From the NCBI GenBank assembly GCA_019828565.1, contig JAHDYR010000002.1, positions 186,001 to 250,000 on the forward strand: a stretch of 64,000 bases of DNA, written 5' to 3'. The notes below the pieces were generated by a model that worked only from the letters and a program-made list of their open reading frames with translations, had not been told where the DNA came from and searched no databases. The position numbers were made by a program, and so were the translations under genes. Of the stretch, positions 22,470-35,234 are shown piece by piece (position 1 is the first letter of the stretch; the number at the start of each line of letters is the position of its first letter). The stretch is from Carpediemonas membranifera BICM. Taxonomy: Eukaryota; Protista; Fornicata.

Positions 22470-23867
22470 AACTTCTCAACATCGAAGCTGTATCCTCGAG
22501 GAACAAACGATTTATTCAGAGCTAGATTCCTCGTCTTCCGTCTCCTCCGTGTCCGTCAGCTCGACCAACCAAGTCGGGTCAGCGTGGCGCTCAAGGGCGT
22601 TCTCAGCCAAGTACTCTCGCACACACCGGACAAGGCAGAGATCAGCGTTGAGGGACACGATGCTGAGTCCCGAGTATCCGTCATACTGCAGGATCAACAC
22701 AAAAGACCCGGGACCACAAGTCGTCTTCAGATACTCGTGACGGACTACGCACGTGACAGTGTAGTAGCGGTCCGGATCAGAGACCTGAAGCGGCTCCCCA
22801 GTGAGCCTCATCGCCAATGGCGGGCAGGTAGCCGTCGTGGCACAAGCGGCTGACCAGGGTTGCCCAGAAGTCGTTGGGAGCCGGGATGCGCCGGCTGATG
22901 CCGTAGACAGCGACACGGAAGTAGTCCGGTGCGAGGACGAGGACCAACAGGCGGTTAAGATATCCGCGCGCTGTAGTGTCCGACTTGACCCCGCCGGCAG
23001 TCCGCACAGCCGCCACGAGAGCTGCAGAGTAGTGACCATTACCGGGTGAAGACCCACCCAGCGTGATGTCGCGGCCCCGGATCGCGGCCGACACGATGTC
23101 GCCATCGGTCAAGCGCTTCTTGCCGAGCTTGAGGTGGGCCCTCACACCGGCAAGCGCGACCTGGCAGTGAGCCACGAGAGCCAAGACCTGCTGGGTCAGC
23201 TTCACGTCCTGCACTACGGCTGCGTCGTTCAGACGACCTTGCTCAATAGCGTCAAAGATTCGCTGGAGCGGCAGCTCGATGGAGTTGGTGTAACCTTCCA
23301 GGCGTCGGGCAACCTCGGCCTTGATGTCGTGGGGCATCAGAGTCGTCATCGTCAGGGTGCGAGTGATGCGTTCTGAGGCTTGCACGCGGTGACTATATAA
23401 CCTCACGGTTGATGTTTGTTACTTACAGATTGTCGGTGACCATGCGCTTGCGTCCACGATACTTCTGAGCGCGAAGGGAACGACAAACGGACGTATGGGC
23501 AACAATAAGTGGCCTAGCCAGATCGTCATCACCAAGTTCGGTGATTTTTGGCACGAATTTCCTTCAGAACGGCCTCTACGGCTGTGTTGTCCGACATCAA
23601 ATGAGTTGACGGCGACATATCCTGCACATTTCTCGGAAACGGTCGAAGGAACAACTAACAAGGTCATCTTAGTCTTCAAGCATGCATTTATTGTCGGTAA
23701 TAAGGCATTAGGAGCTTCCTAGTGTTGTGGGTCCTACCCAAAGTTACACAGATTTACGTTATATTTAATAGTCAAGGAGTTTCTCCTCGACACCCTTGTG
23801 TCGAGTCTTCTCCCTCAGTAAAAAGTTCAACACCCATTGAACCACAGTACTAGTACTACCAAAACAT

Positions 23868-26800
23868 ATGGGTACGGAAACTTACAGAAGCCTGAAGAAG
23901 AATCCGCCTCTCCTGAAGAAGTCCTCCATGGACGCTCTTTTTGGACTTTGCGGATAACCTCCACGATCATCGCGCCTTAGGCGGCCGCGATGATGTTATT
24001 GACCTCATCGAGCCTAGCATAGCAGAGCTAGCAGGCCTTAACGACGACGAAGAGGTTGAAGACACTCCTCTCCTGCTCTCCGCGAAGCTCCGTAAGAAAC
24101 GTCGTGTCGCAGCCCAAGATGAACGAGTCCTCAAGCGCCTCGGTGCTGCCCTTCGACCTTCTCGCCCGAGCATGCGTCTACAGCTCTTCCGAGTCCCCGC
24201 CAAGTCCTTCGAGCCTGATGAGGTTGCTCGAGTGAACCGCCGATTCAATCTGCTCTTGAAGCTCGTTCAACCCGAAGATCCCGAGGACGTCTTGAAGGAG
24301 ACGTACAGCCGCTGCTTCAAGTTCCCCAACAACAGTCGCATCATGTATCGAGTCAGAGAATCAACGGAGCGCAAGGATCTCAAGGACGCAATGGCTGATG
24401 TCCTCGTCATGTCACGCGACCTCAAGGAGTCCAAGGAGATGATCGCTTCCTTCGGCGCTGCGGGGGTCTCCGACTCACAGCGTACCAACACCACGCCCTC
24501 CCATACACGGCACACGGGGAGCGGTCCGAAGAACCCTCATCGACGCGAGCCTGACCGCACGAACGTAGCCCCCTCAAAAGGCAAGCCGATCGACAAGCCC
24601 AAGCACGAGAAGAAGCCATTCGTGTGCTTCAACTGCGGTAAGGTCGGTCACTCCGCTCGCCGATGCCCTGCTCCGAAGACAACCTGTTCCAAGTGCCAGA
24701 AGCCGGGCCACCGAGCTGAATTCTGCCGTTCTGAGGTAAATTCAGCTCGTTGTGTGTTTTCTCTCGGTTCCCGTCAGAGTGTCCTCCCCTCCGTCAAGGC
24801 TAGCATTCTTAAGCAAGTCGTGTCCGTCCTGTTCGACTCGGGCGCTGACTGCGCAACCATTGACCCCAAGCTCTGCCACGGCAAGGCAGTGAAGTGGATC
24901 TCACACGAGAAGACACTTATCGAGACAGTGGGCGGCGTCAGAGAGGCCGATGGTCAGGTATCCTTCCGCCTCGTCTTAGCGCCCTCGCCATTCACTCCGC
25001 GCGGATGCTCTATCACTATTAAGGCCTACGTCCTGTCGACCGCTTTCGATGTATGCCTGGGTTACCCTCAGATGGTGGAGATCGGCCTTCTCCCTTCGTT
25101 GTCTGAGCCTACCAGCGAGCTCGCAGCCAGCGACGAACCACCTACATTCGAGAAGTACGTCGCGCAAGCCAGAGCCATGTCCTCTTCCTTTTCTCAGAGG
25201 CAGGCCGACATCCTCAAGCGTTACGCCCGGACATTCGTGGACCGTACCGAGCCAAGCCGGCTCGAACCGTATGATTTGGTCCTCAAGGGCGACAGAGTCG
25301 TACACATTCGGCCGTACTATGTTCCCCCGCCGAAAGTCCCGATCATTCAAGAGCACATTAATACGCTCCTGGCAAAGCGCTACATCGAGGCATGCCAGTC
25401 TCAATACGCGAGCCCTACCATCATAGTTCCAAAGAAGGGGGGGAAAGACGCGTTTTGTCGTCGACTTCCGCGAGATCAATCAACTAACGGAACCATTCGA
25501 CTACCCCATCCCTCGCATAGACGAAGTTCTCACTCAACTGTCCGGAAAGTCTGTGTTCGCTACCCTAGACTTGTCAGCAGGATACCATCAGATCCCTCTT
25601 TCTGAACGGTGCCGTCACCTAACCGCCTTCCGTACTGTTTTTGGTCAATACCAATATACACGGATGCCCTTCGGCTTACGTAACGCCGGAGCGTACTTCC
25701 AGAGGGCGATGGAAGACGGGTTCAAGGGTCTGGTGGGCTCCGCCTGTGTCATATACATTGATGACATCATCGTCATGGGTGCGGATGAGGACGAGTACCT
25801 GGGAAACCTCGAAAAAGTCATGCAACGCGTTGACAAGCTTAACCTTCAGCTCGGCCGAGATAAGTGCCAGTTCGGTCGGCAAGAGGTCGAGTTCCTCGGG
25901 TGGATCATATCCCAAGGCAGCGTGAAGATCTCACCCCAGCGGACCGAAGATATCGCGAACCTCAAGCTGTCTTCATCCACGAAGGGCATGCAGGGTCTCA
26001 ACGGATTCCTCAACTATTTCCGCGATTACATACCCAACTTCGCGGTCCGAGCTAAGCCTCTGCTAGACGCCATGTCCGGTCGGCAGACCCCCTCGAGACG
26101 TTCTTCAGAAGTCGCTGGACGATCTGAAACAAGCTTTATGTTCGGCCGACGCTCTAGCCATGTTCGACGCGACTAAGCCTCACACTGTCATGACTGACGC
26201 ATCCGATGTCGGGTACGGAGCAGTCTTACTCCAAGAGGGCCGACCAGTTTGCTATATGTCGCGTGCGTTCAACGACGTCCAGTCACGCTGGTGTACCGGT
26301 GAGAAAGAAGCCTACGCTATCGTCGCAGCGTTACAACGATGGCGCAAGTTCCTGTGCTGGGAGAGCTTTACTATTCTCACGGATCACCGGAACCTACTCT
26401 ATATGTACCGGTCCACCAACGCCAAGGTCCGCCGGTGGGCTGATTCGATCGCCGATTTAGATTTCACCCTACAGCACATCGCCGGTCTGGACAACGGTGG
26501 AGCCGACGGTCTCTCGAGAGTATTCTCCATGCAACAGGCGTCGAGGGATCAGGTATCCCGCGCTCATCTCACAGCAGGAGCTCATCTGTCTCGCCGGATG
26601 ACAACCGAGCAACTTAGGGCCGACGGTTTGTCTGTCTCCCGTCAAGTCGTAGACGACGTGATTACCGCGTGTCCAGAGTGCCAAGTCTTGGCCCGCCCTC
26701 CTGTTGATACGCCCGACGGCCTGCATACAGCTGTAGACCTCCCGTTCCGGCGTGTGGCCATTGACACCATGGGTCCGCTACCGACGGTCAACGGCCTGTC

Positions 26801-27806
26801 CTACGTGACAGTAATGATCGACATGTGCTCCCGCTGGACAGAGCTAGTCCCGGTCAACAGCACCTCAGCCAAAGACGCAGCCAACGCATTGGTCAACACC
26901 TGGATTCTACGATACGGATGCCCCGAAGTCGTCCAATCGGATGGGGGCTCAGAGTTCAAAAACGCTCTGTTCAAACGCCTCTCCGAAGAGATGGGGTTCG
27001 ACGTCCACATAACGACAGCATACCATCCCCAGAGCAACGGTGTCGTCGAACGCGCGAACAAGGAGGTCGAACGCATCCTCAGAGCCAGGAAGCTGGAGTT
27101 AAGGAATAACGATTGGGTAGCACACCTACCAGTCGCCCAATTCTTGGTCAACTCAATGCCCAGGATCCCGACCCGGTTGACTCCGGCCGAGATCATGTTT
27201 GGCGCCAATTTATCAATACCGTCATCGATCTATATCACGGATGCCGCCTCGGCTGGTCCGCCACAGTCGAAGCTAGCCGCAGCCGATGCCGCCATCCAAC
27301 TCGCCAAAGCAAGGATTAGAGCCATGCGCGAAGACGCTCTCGCAAAGGCAACCTCATCGAGAAGCGAGATATTGAGCCGTTTCGTGCTGGTCAAATACTA
27401 CCCAAGACCACCGAGCAAGCTAGCCCCGGGCTGGCGCGGCCCCATGAGGCGTGTCGCAGCCGTCAAACGTGATGGTGTTGTCGTCGCATATGAGGTCCAA
27501 GACCTCAGTCAGTCAGCGGACGGTCCAACTATCAAGGTAGACGCGGCACGTGTGCGAAGATTTGACCCAGGCAAGCTCTCGGAGCAACAGATCTATGACC
27601 TCGCAGCCGCTTCCGTCGATGAGTGGCATGTCGAGCGCATCTCACGCTCTAGAGGCTCGGGCCCCAAGTCAAGGCGCGAGTACCTCGTACACTGGGTCGG
27701 ATTCGAGGATTCAGAGGCTTCATTCGAACCTTATTCGCACGTCAAAGATTTGGAAGCCCTCGATACATATTTGAAGTCTGACCAAGCCAAGCGTGACGGT
27801 CTGTAA
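23868..27806 (+). CDS. gag-pol: Element B gag-pol copy 3; frameshifts at ~23940, ~25440, ~26090
   Basis: Near-identical to copy 2. Confidence 0.9.
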
Positions 27807-30292
27807 AACTTCTCAACATCGAAGCTGTATCCTCGAGGAACAAACGATTTATTCAGAGCTAGATTCCTCGTCTTCCGTCTCCTCCGTGTCCGTCAGCTCG
27901 ACCAACCAAGTCGGGTCAGCGTGGCGCTCAAGGGCGTTCTCAGCCAAGTACTCTCGCACACACCGGACAAGGCAGAGATCAGCGTTGAGGGACACGATGC
28001 TGAGTCCCGAGTATCCGTCATACTGCAGGATCAACACAAAAGACCCGGGACCACAAGTCGTCTTCAGATACTCGTGACGGACTACGCACGTGACAGTGTA
28101 GTAGCGGTCCGGATCAGAGACCTGAAGCGGCTCCCAGTGAGCCTCATCGCCAATGGCGGGCAGGTAGCCGTCGTGGCACAAGCGGCTGACCAGGGTTGCC
28201 CAGAAGTCGTTGGGAGCCGGGATGCGCCGGCTGATGCCGTAGACAGCGACACGGAAGTAGTCCGGTGCGAGGACGAGGACCAACAGGCGGTTAAGATATC
28301 CGCGCGCTGTAGTGTCCGACTTGACCCCGCCGGCAGTCCGCACAGCCGCCACGAGAGCTGCAGAGTAGTGACCATTACCGGGTGAAGACCCACCCAGCGT
28401 GATGTCGCGGCCCCGGATCGCGGCCGACACGATGTCGCCATCGGTCAAGCGCTTCTTGCCGAGCTTGAGGTGGGCCCTCACACCGGCAAGCGCGACCTGG
28501 CAGTGAGCCACGAGAGCCAAGACCTGCTGGGTCAGCTTCACGTCCTGCACTACGGCTGCGTCGTTCAGACGACCTTGCTCAATAGCGTCAAAGATTCGCT
28601 GGAGCGGCAGCTCGATGGAGTTGGTGTAACCTTCCAGGCGTCGGGCAACCTCGGCCTTGATGTCGTGGGGCATCAGAGTCGTCATCGTCAGGGTGCGAGT
28701 GATGCGTTCTGAGGCTTGCACGCGGTGACTATATAACCTCACGGTTGATGTTTGTTACTTACAGATTGTCGGTGACCATGCGCTTGCGTCCACGATACTT
28801 CTGAGCGCGAAGGGAACGACAAACGGACGTATGGGCAACAATAAGTGGCCTAGCCAGATCGTCATCACCAAGTTCGGTGATTTTTGGCACGAATTTCCTT
28901 CAGAACGGCCTCTACGGCTGTGTTGTCCGACATCAAATGAGTTGACGGCGACATATCCTGCACATTTCTCGGAAACGGTCGAAGGAACAACTAACAAGGT
29001 CATCTTAGTCTTCAAGCATGCATTTATTGTCGGTAATAAGGCATTAGGAGCTTCCTAGTGCTCCTTCCGGTCAGTTTGATGTTGTTATTCAAGTACAGTT
29101 GGACGCAGAAAATTAGAAGCCTCAGAACTCCTCAACGGAGCCGAATTGGAGCTTCTAAGTACGTTTTTCGGCGTCTGTGTGATTATGAGCGATAAGGGCT
29201 CAGCATTGGCAGTGTTTGCTAGAGCAATCGTTCTTGGCCTTCGAATTACATGGAATGGCATATAACACGTATAAGGTTTGTGAAGACGGCCTAGGAAGGC
29301 CGTGGAGGGGCAGTGGTAAGCCTCTCCGTCACGTTTCACCATTTTTGAAACAGAGCTCACATAGCGGTACCGCAGTTAGATCATGATACCATCATTTTGA
29401 TTTCGTTCAGCTAGATGCGAAAGCACTCAGGCCATGGGGTTGCCAGCCCTATGAGTCACCGTTGGCGGTCGGGTGGCACCGTCCAGGCCTTTGGTGAAAT
29501 GCTGACGTCAAGTCTCTCTGTCATGCCTATACCAGGCATGGAGGGGCAGTGTTGTGGGTCCTACCCAAAGTTACACAGATTTACGTTATATTTAATAGTC
29601 AAGGAGTTTCTCCTCGACACCCTTGTGTCGAGTCTTCTCCTCAGTAAAAGTTCAACACCCATTGAACCACACTAGTGCTCCTTCCGGTCAGTTTGATGTT
29701 GTTATTCAAGTACAGTTGGACGCAGAAAATTAGAAGCCTCAGAACTCCTCAACGGAGCCGAATTGGAGCTTCTAAGTACGTTTTTCGGCGTCTGTGTGAT
29801 TATGAGCGATAAGGGCTCAGCATTGGCAGTGTTTGCTAGAGCAATCGTTCTTGGCCTTCGAATTACATGGAATGGCATATAACACGTATAAGGTTTGTGA
29901 AGACGGCCTAGGAAGGCCGTGGAGGGGCAGTGGTAAGCCTTTCCGTCACGTTTCACCATTTTTGAAACAGAGCTCACATAGCGGTACCGCAGTTAGATCA
30001 TGATACCATCATTTTGATTTCGTTCAGCTAGATGCGAAAGCACTCAGGCCATGGGGTTGCCAGCCCTATGAGTCACCGTTGGCGGTCGGGTGGCACCGTC
30101 CAGGCCTTTGGTGAAATGCTGACGTCAAGTCTCTCTGTCATGCCTATACCAGGCATGGAGGGGCAGTGTTGTGGGTCCTACCCAAAGTTACACAGATTTA
30201 CGTTATATTTAATAGTCAAGGAGTTTCTCCTCGACACCCTTGTGTCGAGTCTTCTCCTCAGTAAAAGTTCAACACCCATTGAACCACAACTC

Positions 30293-32119
30293 CTCGTAGT
30301 CGTCAGGTGTTACAAACGCCGTCATAGCTCTGTCTTCCTCGTGGAGGGGCATCTGATGGTACCCGGACGTCAAGTCCAAGCTGGCGAAGAATTGAGCCCC
30401 CGCCGCCTCCTGCACGAAGGTTTTCAAGTCGGGAAGGGGAAAATGGTCACGAATGGTGAGAATGTTGAGCTTTGTGTAGTCCACACAGAGGCGTATGGCG
30501 CCGTTCTTCTTATCCACTACCACGATCGGGGAGGAGAACGGTCCGACGCTGTTCCTGGTGATGCCAAGGTGGCGTAGGCGGGTTACTTCTTCCCGCACCT
30601 GAAGGCGTCGTTCCCCTGATAGTCTCCGGGCTCGTTCCTGGACCAGGGCGTCCGGGTCATTCAATCGGATCCGCATAGGTTCAACCTTGGCTCCTTGAGC
30701 CGGAATGGGGCCGAACAACGTGGAATACTCAGCAAGTAGCGCTCGTACCTCGCTTCGGAGCGTGGCGCTCGCGGATTCGGGAATTTCAACAGCACCAACG
30801 TCCTCCGAGACGTCTAACTGGTTCAAACTCAGCGGAATGTCGTCCCCGTCCTCCTTGCTCAGATTTTCGGCTACGAGCTGGAGGAATAAGGAATCCTTCG
30901 TAAGAAGCCCGAGTACACGAAGAATGTCGGTGCCAATAAGGATTTTCTCGCGGTCCCCACTGAGGATTGCGAACTTCGCCTTAAACCGCGTTGGGGCTCC
31001 CGCCAGCGTGAGGTGTAACCAAGCCTCAGTATAGTGGTTAGTTGTCGAAATGGAACCGTTCGCCATTCTGAAGCGGAGGGTCGGGCCGGTCACTGTCTGT
31101 AGGCCAAGGGCCTCTGCTGACGCAGCGGAGATGATAGATTTTGGTGCTCCAGTGTCAATAATAAAGGAATACTCTTGGTCGTTTATACGACCAGACACTT
31201 TGAGTGGCTCATCGGGGTCCGTGTCCAGGAGATTAGCCTCGATTGGCTCCTTCTTCTTCGGGTTGGACCGGAGGCCGCCTCCTTCTTGGCGAGAGCGCAT
31301 TGGGGCCCCATTGGGGCACTGATTATCCCAATGCCATCCGCCGCACTTGCCACAGGCACGATGGGGAGGTTTCAAAGCTGGGTTGACGTCGTTCGGCTTG
31401 AGAGTGGAAGACTTCTCCGGGGCCCCTGAGGCAACTGCGCCCGGGACCGGGAGGCGAGGCGGTTGGCCTCCTGCGGCCGTTCCTTTCTTTCGGGTGGAGG
31501 ACTTTCCGGCCTGGTAGTGACCAAAGCGAATGGCCTTAGCCCGAGCGTCGTCATCTTCTTGAGCGAGGGCAATGCTCAGCTCGTATGCATCGGCAAGTGA
31601 CTTCCTCTTAGGATGCTCCTTGAGTTCAAAGTCCAGGACCTTGCGGAAAGTGGATGGGCGGATCCCCTGAAGGAAGATCTTACGCGCGTTCTTCTCAAAG
31701 GGGGAAATGTCTTCTTCGTCCTCTTCTTGTTCCTCTTCGTCCTCGTCCGAGTCGGACTCTTCGATGTCTTCGGCCTTAGAGAAAACTGCTGAGAACGCGC
31801 TGACGTACGCGCGAATGGAGGTGATTCTTTTTTCAGATACCTGGCAGGTGACGGCCTCGAGCTCTTTGACAAGGGACAATTTGTCCACCGGAGCAAGGAA
31901 CTTGCTGACGTATTCGTCAATCTTGTCGTCATTTGCCTTCGCCAGGTCTACGTTGAGAGTGTCCTCGATGATGTCCTGCAGGTCATTGGGGAGGAGGACA
32001 GCCAGCTTGGCGGCGGGATACAACGCCTTGATTCGGGCGGCATCCCTCTTAAATGAGCGCCAGGTTTCGCTAGTCAATGTCTCAACGCTCAGAGTCGGCA
32101 GAGAAATATTACCGAACAT
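30293..32119 (-). CDS. gag-pol: Element A gag-protease-RT N-terminal part (joins 13056-10777 to give one 1368-aa ORF)
   Basis: CGKCGGWHWDNQC knuckle, IIDTGA protease, RLCVDY, LDLTSGYHQ; removing B and one TSD restores DDYEE-FNRVPFGL. Confidence 0.95.
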
Positions 32120-32139
32120 GTAGCCACTAGTGAATTCAC

Positions 32140-32249
32140 TGTTGTAACGATGCGCTAATTTTTATTTCGACACACTGGTGTCGTCTAGGACCAAGTAGGA
32201 CCAAGACGACACCCATAAAATATATAAATATTAATACGGTATTGCGACA
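32140..32249 (-). repeat. Element A 5' LTR (110 bp)
   Basis: Direct repeat of 10077-10186. Confidence 0.97.
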
Positions 32250-33165
32250 AGAGCGACGGTTCTGGGCGGCATCTTGGTTCTCGCTCCAGCAGAAACTAGG
32301 AATGCGGCAGCTTTGGACGCGCACATTGGGATGTTGGAGCCATCCGGCCGCGGATTGATCACAGTTGGTTTGACGCGGTAGTGCTTGTACTGTTCCTCCT
32401 TGAACTTGACTTCCTTGTCCACCGGCATGGTGTTACCGACCGTGACATCGATCACCAGTGGGTATCCGCGTTCGGGTCCAGGACGAATAGGTCCGCTGTT
32501 CTCCGGGTGAGCTTCTTGGGCGCCGGGGCGTTAAAGTGCACTGCAGGTTCGGTGTTGTCGTTTGTTGTTCTCTGCAGGGCCATTGTTCCCGTGCGGCCGG
32601 TTTGGACACTTTCCTCGAATGCTCGTCGTCGTTCAACTAGCTCTTTCCCTGATTGTGTGAGGAGGGAATCCGGGAGCCGTACCTCCTTGTCGGACGGTGT
32701 GATCAGTCCTGGGCGGAGCAGGGCCGTTGTGGAGTCGAGGACCTTGTTGTGCACGAACGTCATCCTGTTCCCCGGGCCTTTGTTGCATGATCTGAGGTGG
32801 TCCAACAGGCTTTGTTGCGTCTCGCCGACAGTTCTGTCACAGAGGGGGCACTTGCCGTCTGGGATGGTATGGCCAATGTCTAGGCCAGCTGCGATTCTTA
32901 GTCCAGCCCATGCGCTTCTCGCCGATACTATGCTGAGGTCAGGCGTACCGATCAACAGGCTGGTCCAGGTTGCCGTGTGTGGGGTTGTGTGGTTGTGGGT
33001 GGCGTATAGTTCCTTCATCCCGTTCGCCTGTCTCTTGCTTCTGTCTGGTTCCGCCCAGTTGTTCCCTATGGTGTCCTCCTTGGGGTGAGGGCTGTGGGGC
33101 CTCGATGCCGGGGCGTTGATGCCGGTCGCCAACAGGGAATCTCGGGCCCCCAGGTATGCAGCTGT

Positions 33166-35055
33166 TCACTGGTCCACAGGGTCTTGGAAGCCGAGGCCGC
33201 CATCCGATATCTTAGAGAAGATGCGGCTGGTTTCAACCCCTTGTCCGAGGGTCGCACCCACGAATGTGATGTAAGCGTCCCTGATCCGTGCTGCTGCGCT
33301 GGCCATTGGCGGGGTCGTGCGGAATGCGAAGTTCAGCGTCGGGGCTGTGCATGTACGCACGAGAGTCTGCGCCGCCCACACTGCTTCATATAGGTCGGTC
33401 CCACTGGGCATGAGTGCGTTGGCTATGCCCCTCAGTTCGCTCTCGAAGGTTGTGGCGATGTTCGCAGCGTGGTTGGCAAGGAAGGCGGGGGGGCCTACCG
33501 GCACGCCCACCACAACCGCCTGGTGAATGCAGCGTGGGTCCGACTTGTGCAGTATCTTGGTCTTCCTCGGTTGGAGCTTGAGGTTAATACTCACTCCGAC
33601 CTCCTCGTCTCGCTTAATCTCCATGATGGCGTCGTCGTGTGAGGTCCACGCTGACACAAGGTCGTCCAGCAAGGCAACTCTTTCGCCCGGCGCTCTCTCT
33701 TCTAGCTCGTCCATGGCAGAGCGCATCGCCAGGGAGAAGAGGACTGGCCCCATTGGGTCTCCCTGCTGGACTCCTTCCTGGCAGCTCACCGTCTGGTCAC
33801 CCGTCGCCGTGTGGTAAGTCATTGTAGTCGGAGTGCCGTATGCGATGTCGAAGTAAGGCAACGCAGACGGGGCGTATAGCGAGACCATAGTGCGGATGAC
33901 CCTCCTGTCTACGGTGTTGAAGGCGTTAGTGTAGTCCGTTAGCACCACGTACTTCCCGGCGTTGTACGCCTTCCAGACGAAGTCCCCTACCGACTCAGCC
34001 GAGCAAGGGTCTCCGATGCCGCATTGGTTCGGCAGGCGGTCGTATTCGCCCTTCTTGAGGTCCTTAGCTAAGGCAGTCGCGAGGCATGACCCTGCCAGTC
34101 GGCGGAAGGTCTCCCCCAGGCCGATGGGTCGGAGCTTCTCGCCACTCGGTATCAGCTCAAGGATTGCATCGCTCATGAAGGCGGTCGCTCTGTGACCCTC
34201 GAGGAAGAGGTTGCAGATTCTCAAAACGCCGTATGTGAAGGGTCGTCCCAGGGTCGTCTTCAGCTCCTTGACGAGCTTGGGCGACCAGCCGGAAGGGCCG
34301 CCAGCTGACGAGATGTCGAGGCGGTCAATCGCCTTTTCGAGGTCGGTTATCCCCATCTGGAAGCAGAGCAGGGGGCGTGGTTGGCCTGTTGTGACTCGCG
34401 CCGATGTGGTGCTAGGCACGGCTGGTGTATCGCGAGTGGCCGGTGCTGGGTACAATCTCTCAGCTTGGGAGATGAGGTCCTCTGGGGCGGTGTGTCTAGG
34501 TTCACTCCGCAGCTTCTGGCGGGCCTTGCCAGCGAGACCCGAGACCGCCAGTTCGACCGCCTTTGCTGCCTTGCCCTGCTCAGGTGCCGTGCCTGCTGTG
34601 AGGAGTAGTTGGCTTGTGGGGTCAATCTCGCCCCTCGCTACCTCCCCCATCAGGTCCCTCATAGGCTTAGTGATAGCCAGTGGTACGAGGGCGCGGGGCA
34701 ATGCAAGCATCCCCCTCATGGCTTGCTCGGCGACGGCTGCGTCGATGTTCGCCAGGGCCGTTTTAAGCATGAGGTCCAGGTTGCACCACTGTGTTAGGAA
34801 GGCCCTCGCGCCTGCCGGGGAGACAGTCTGTCTGCTGATGACCTTAGCTGCGACGACGCCCCCTCCCGGGAGCAGGTCCGGGGCTGGCAGGGGGTCGAGG
34901 GTCAGTGGGTTCAGTGTTGCTACGGGTGGGGCAAGTGGGGCAGGTGGTGGGGGTGGTAGGCTTTGGGTTATCGCAGCTGCTGGGGCTGGGGCGCGTTGTT
35001 CCGCTTCCACAGTGCGGGCTCTTTTTGACTCGGTCGCCCGACTGACTTGGACCAT
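33166..35055 (-). pseudogene. Reverse transcriptase portion of the non-LTR ORF, ending at a premature in-frame TGA
   Basis: 629-aa ORF; the same frame continues after TGA 33166-33168 into ORF 32452-33132; further 1-nt frameshift at ~32455. Confidence 0.85.
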
Positions 35056-35234
35056 TGCGACACCCAGCCAGCCTGCAGTACAGTTTATGTGACAGAAAGA
35101 CTTGATTGCAGAGAAAATTAGGCAAATCCATCGTTGTTTGGCTGGTAATTCGGTCAGCGTATGTCACAGTGGTAAGACAAGTGCAGCCCCATCCATCGCC
35201 TCCAAAGCTTAAAGTTTAAGTAAATCAAAACAGC

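Larger units (their letters stand above)
18389..29671 (+). mobile_element. Element B inner insertion, including a tandemly duplicated LTR+body unit (18389-23722, 23723-29058)
   Basis: LTRs at 18389-18510, 23723-23846, 29550-29671; TSD CTAG (18385-18388 / 29672-29675); copies 2 and 3 share SNPs absent from copy 1. Confidence 0.9.
13057..30288 (+). mobile_element. Ty3/gypsy chromodomain LTR retrotransposon, element B outer copy (13057-18388 + 29676-30288; 5945 bp)
   Basis: 122-bp TG...CA LTRs at 13057-13178 and 30167-30288, TSD ACTC (13053-13056 / 30289-30292), PPT GGAGGGGCAG. Confidence 0.96.
10077..32249 (-). mobile_element. Ty3/gypsy chromodomain LTR retrotransposon, element A (4937 bp once element B is removed)
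   Basis: Identical 110-bp TG...CA LTRs, 4-bp TSD AGAG (10073-10076 / 32250-32253), PPT, single gag-pol ORF. Confidence 0.97.
9905..35055 (-). mobile_element. Degenerate non-LTR retrotransposon, RT + restriction-like endonuclease type (CRE/R2-like group), split by LTR element A into 9905-10076 and 32250-35055
   Basis: LRPIG, DYTNAFN, GVQQGDP, LLDD, GGLG (RT); CPLC..H...C, HNKV, ADL, IDVTV, K...Y (REL); reading frame continues across the A insertion (RTVAL-TIADAL...) to TAA 9961-9963; A-rich (TAA/TAAA)n tail 9905-9936. Confidence 0.9.

Noticed and set aside
21296-25445. Copy-specific frameshifts in B copies 2/3 (~21301, ~22797, ~23940, ~25440)
   Set aside because: All are 1-2 nt gains in homopolymers found in only one copy; typical long-read consensus errors
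13057-30288. CRISPR-like or satellite array from the recurring 122-bp repeat
   Set aside because: The repeats are LTRs separated by kb-scale retrotransposon bodies
33166-33168. In-frame TGA in the non-LTR ORF as readthrough or recoding
   Set aside because: The same element also has a frameshift (~32455) and an LTR insertion, and host genes use TGA as a normal stop; simple decay is more likely
35056-35234. Target-site duplication or defined 5' end for the non-LTR element
   Set aside because: No match to the sequence flanking the tail at ~9885-9904 was found by eye
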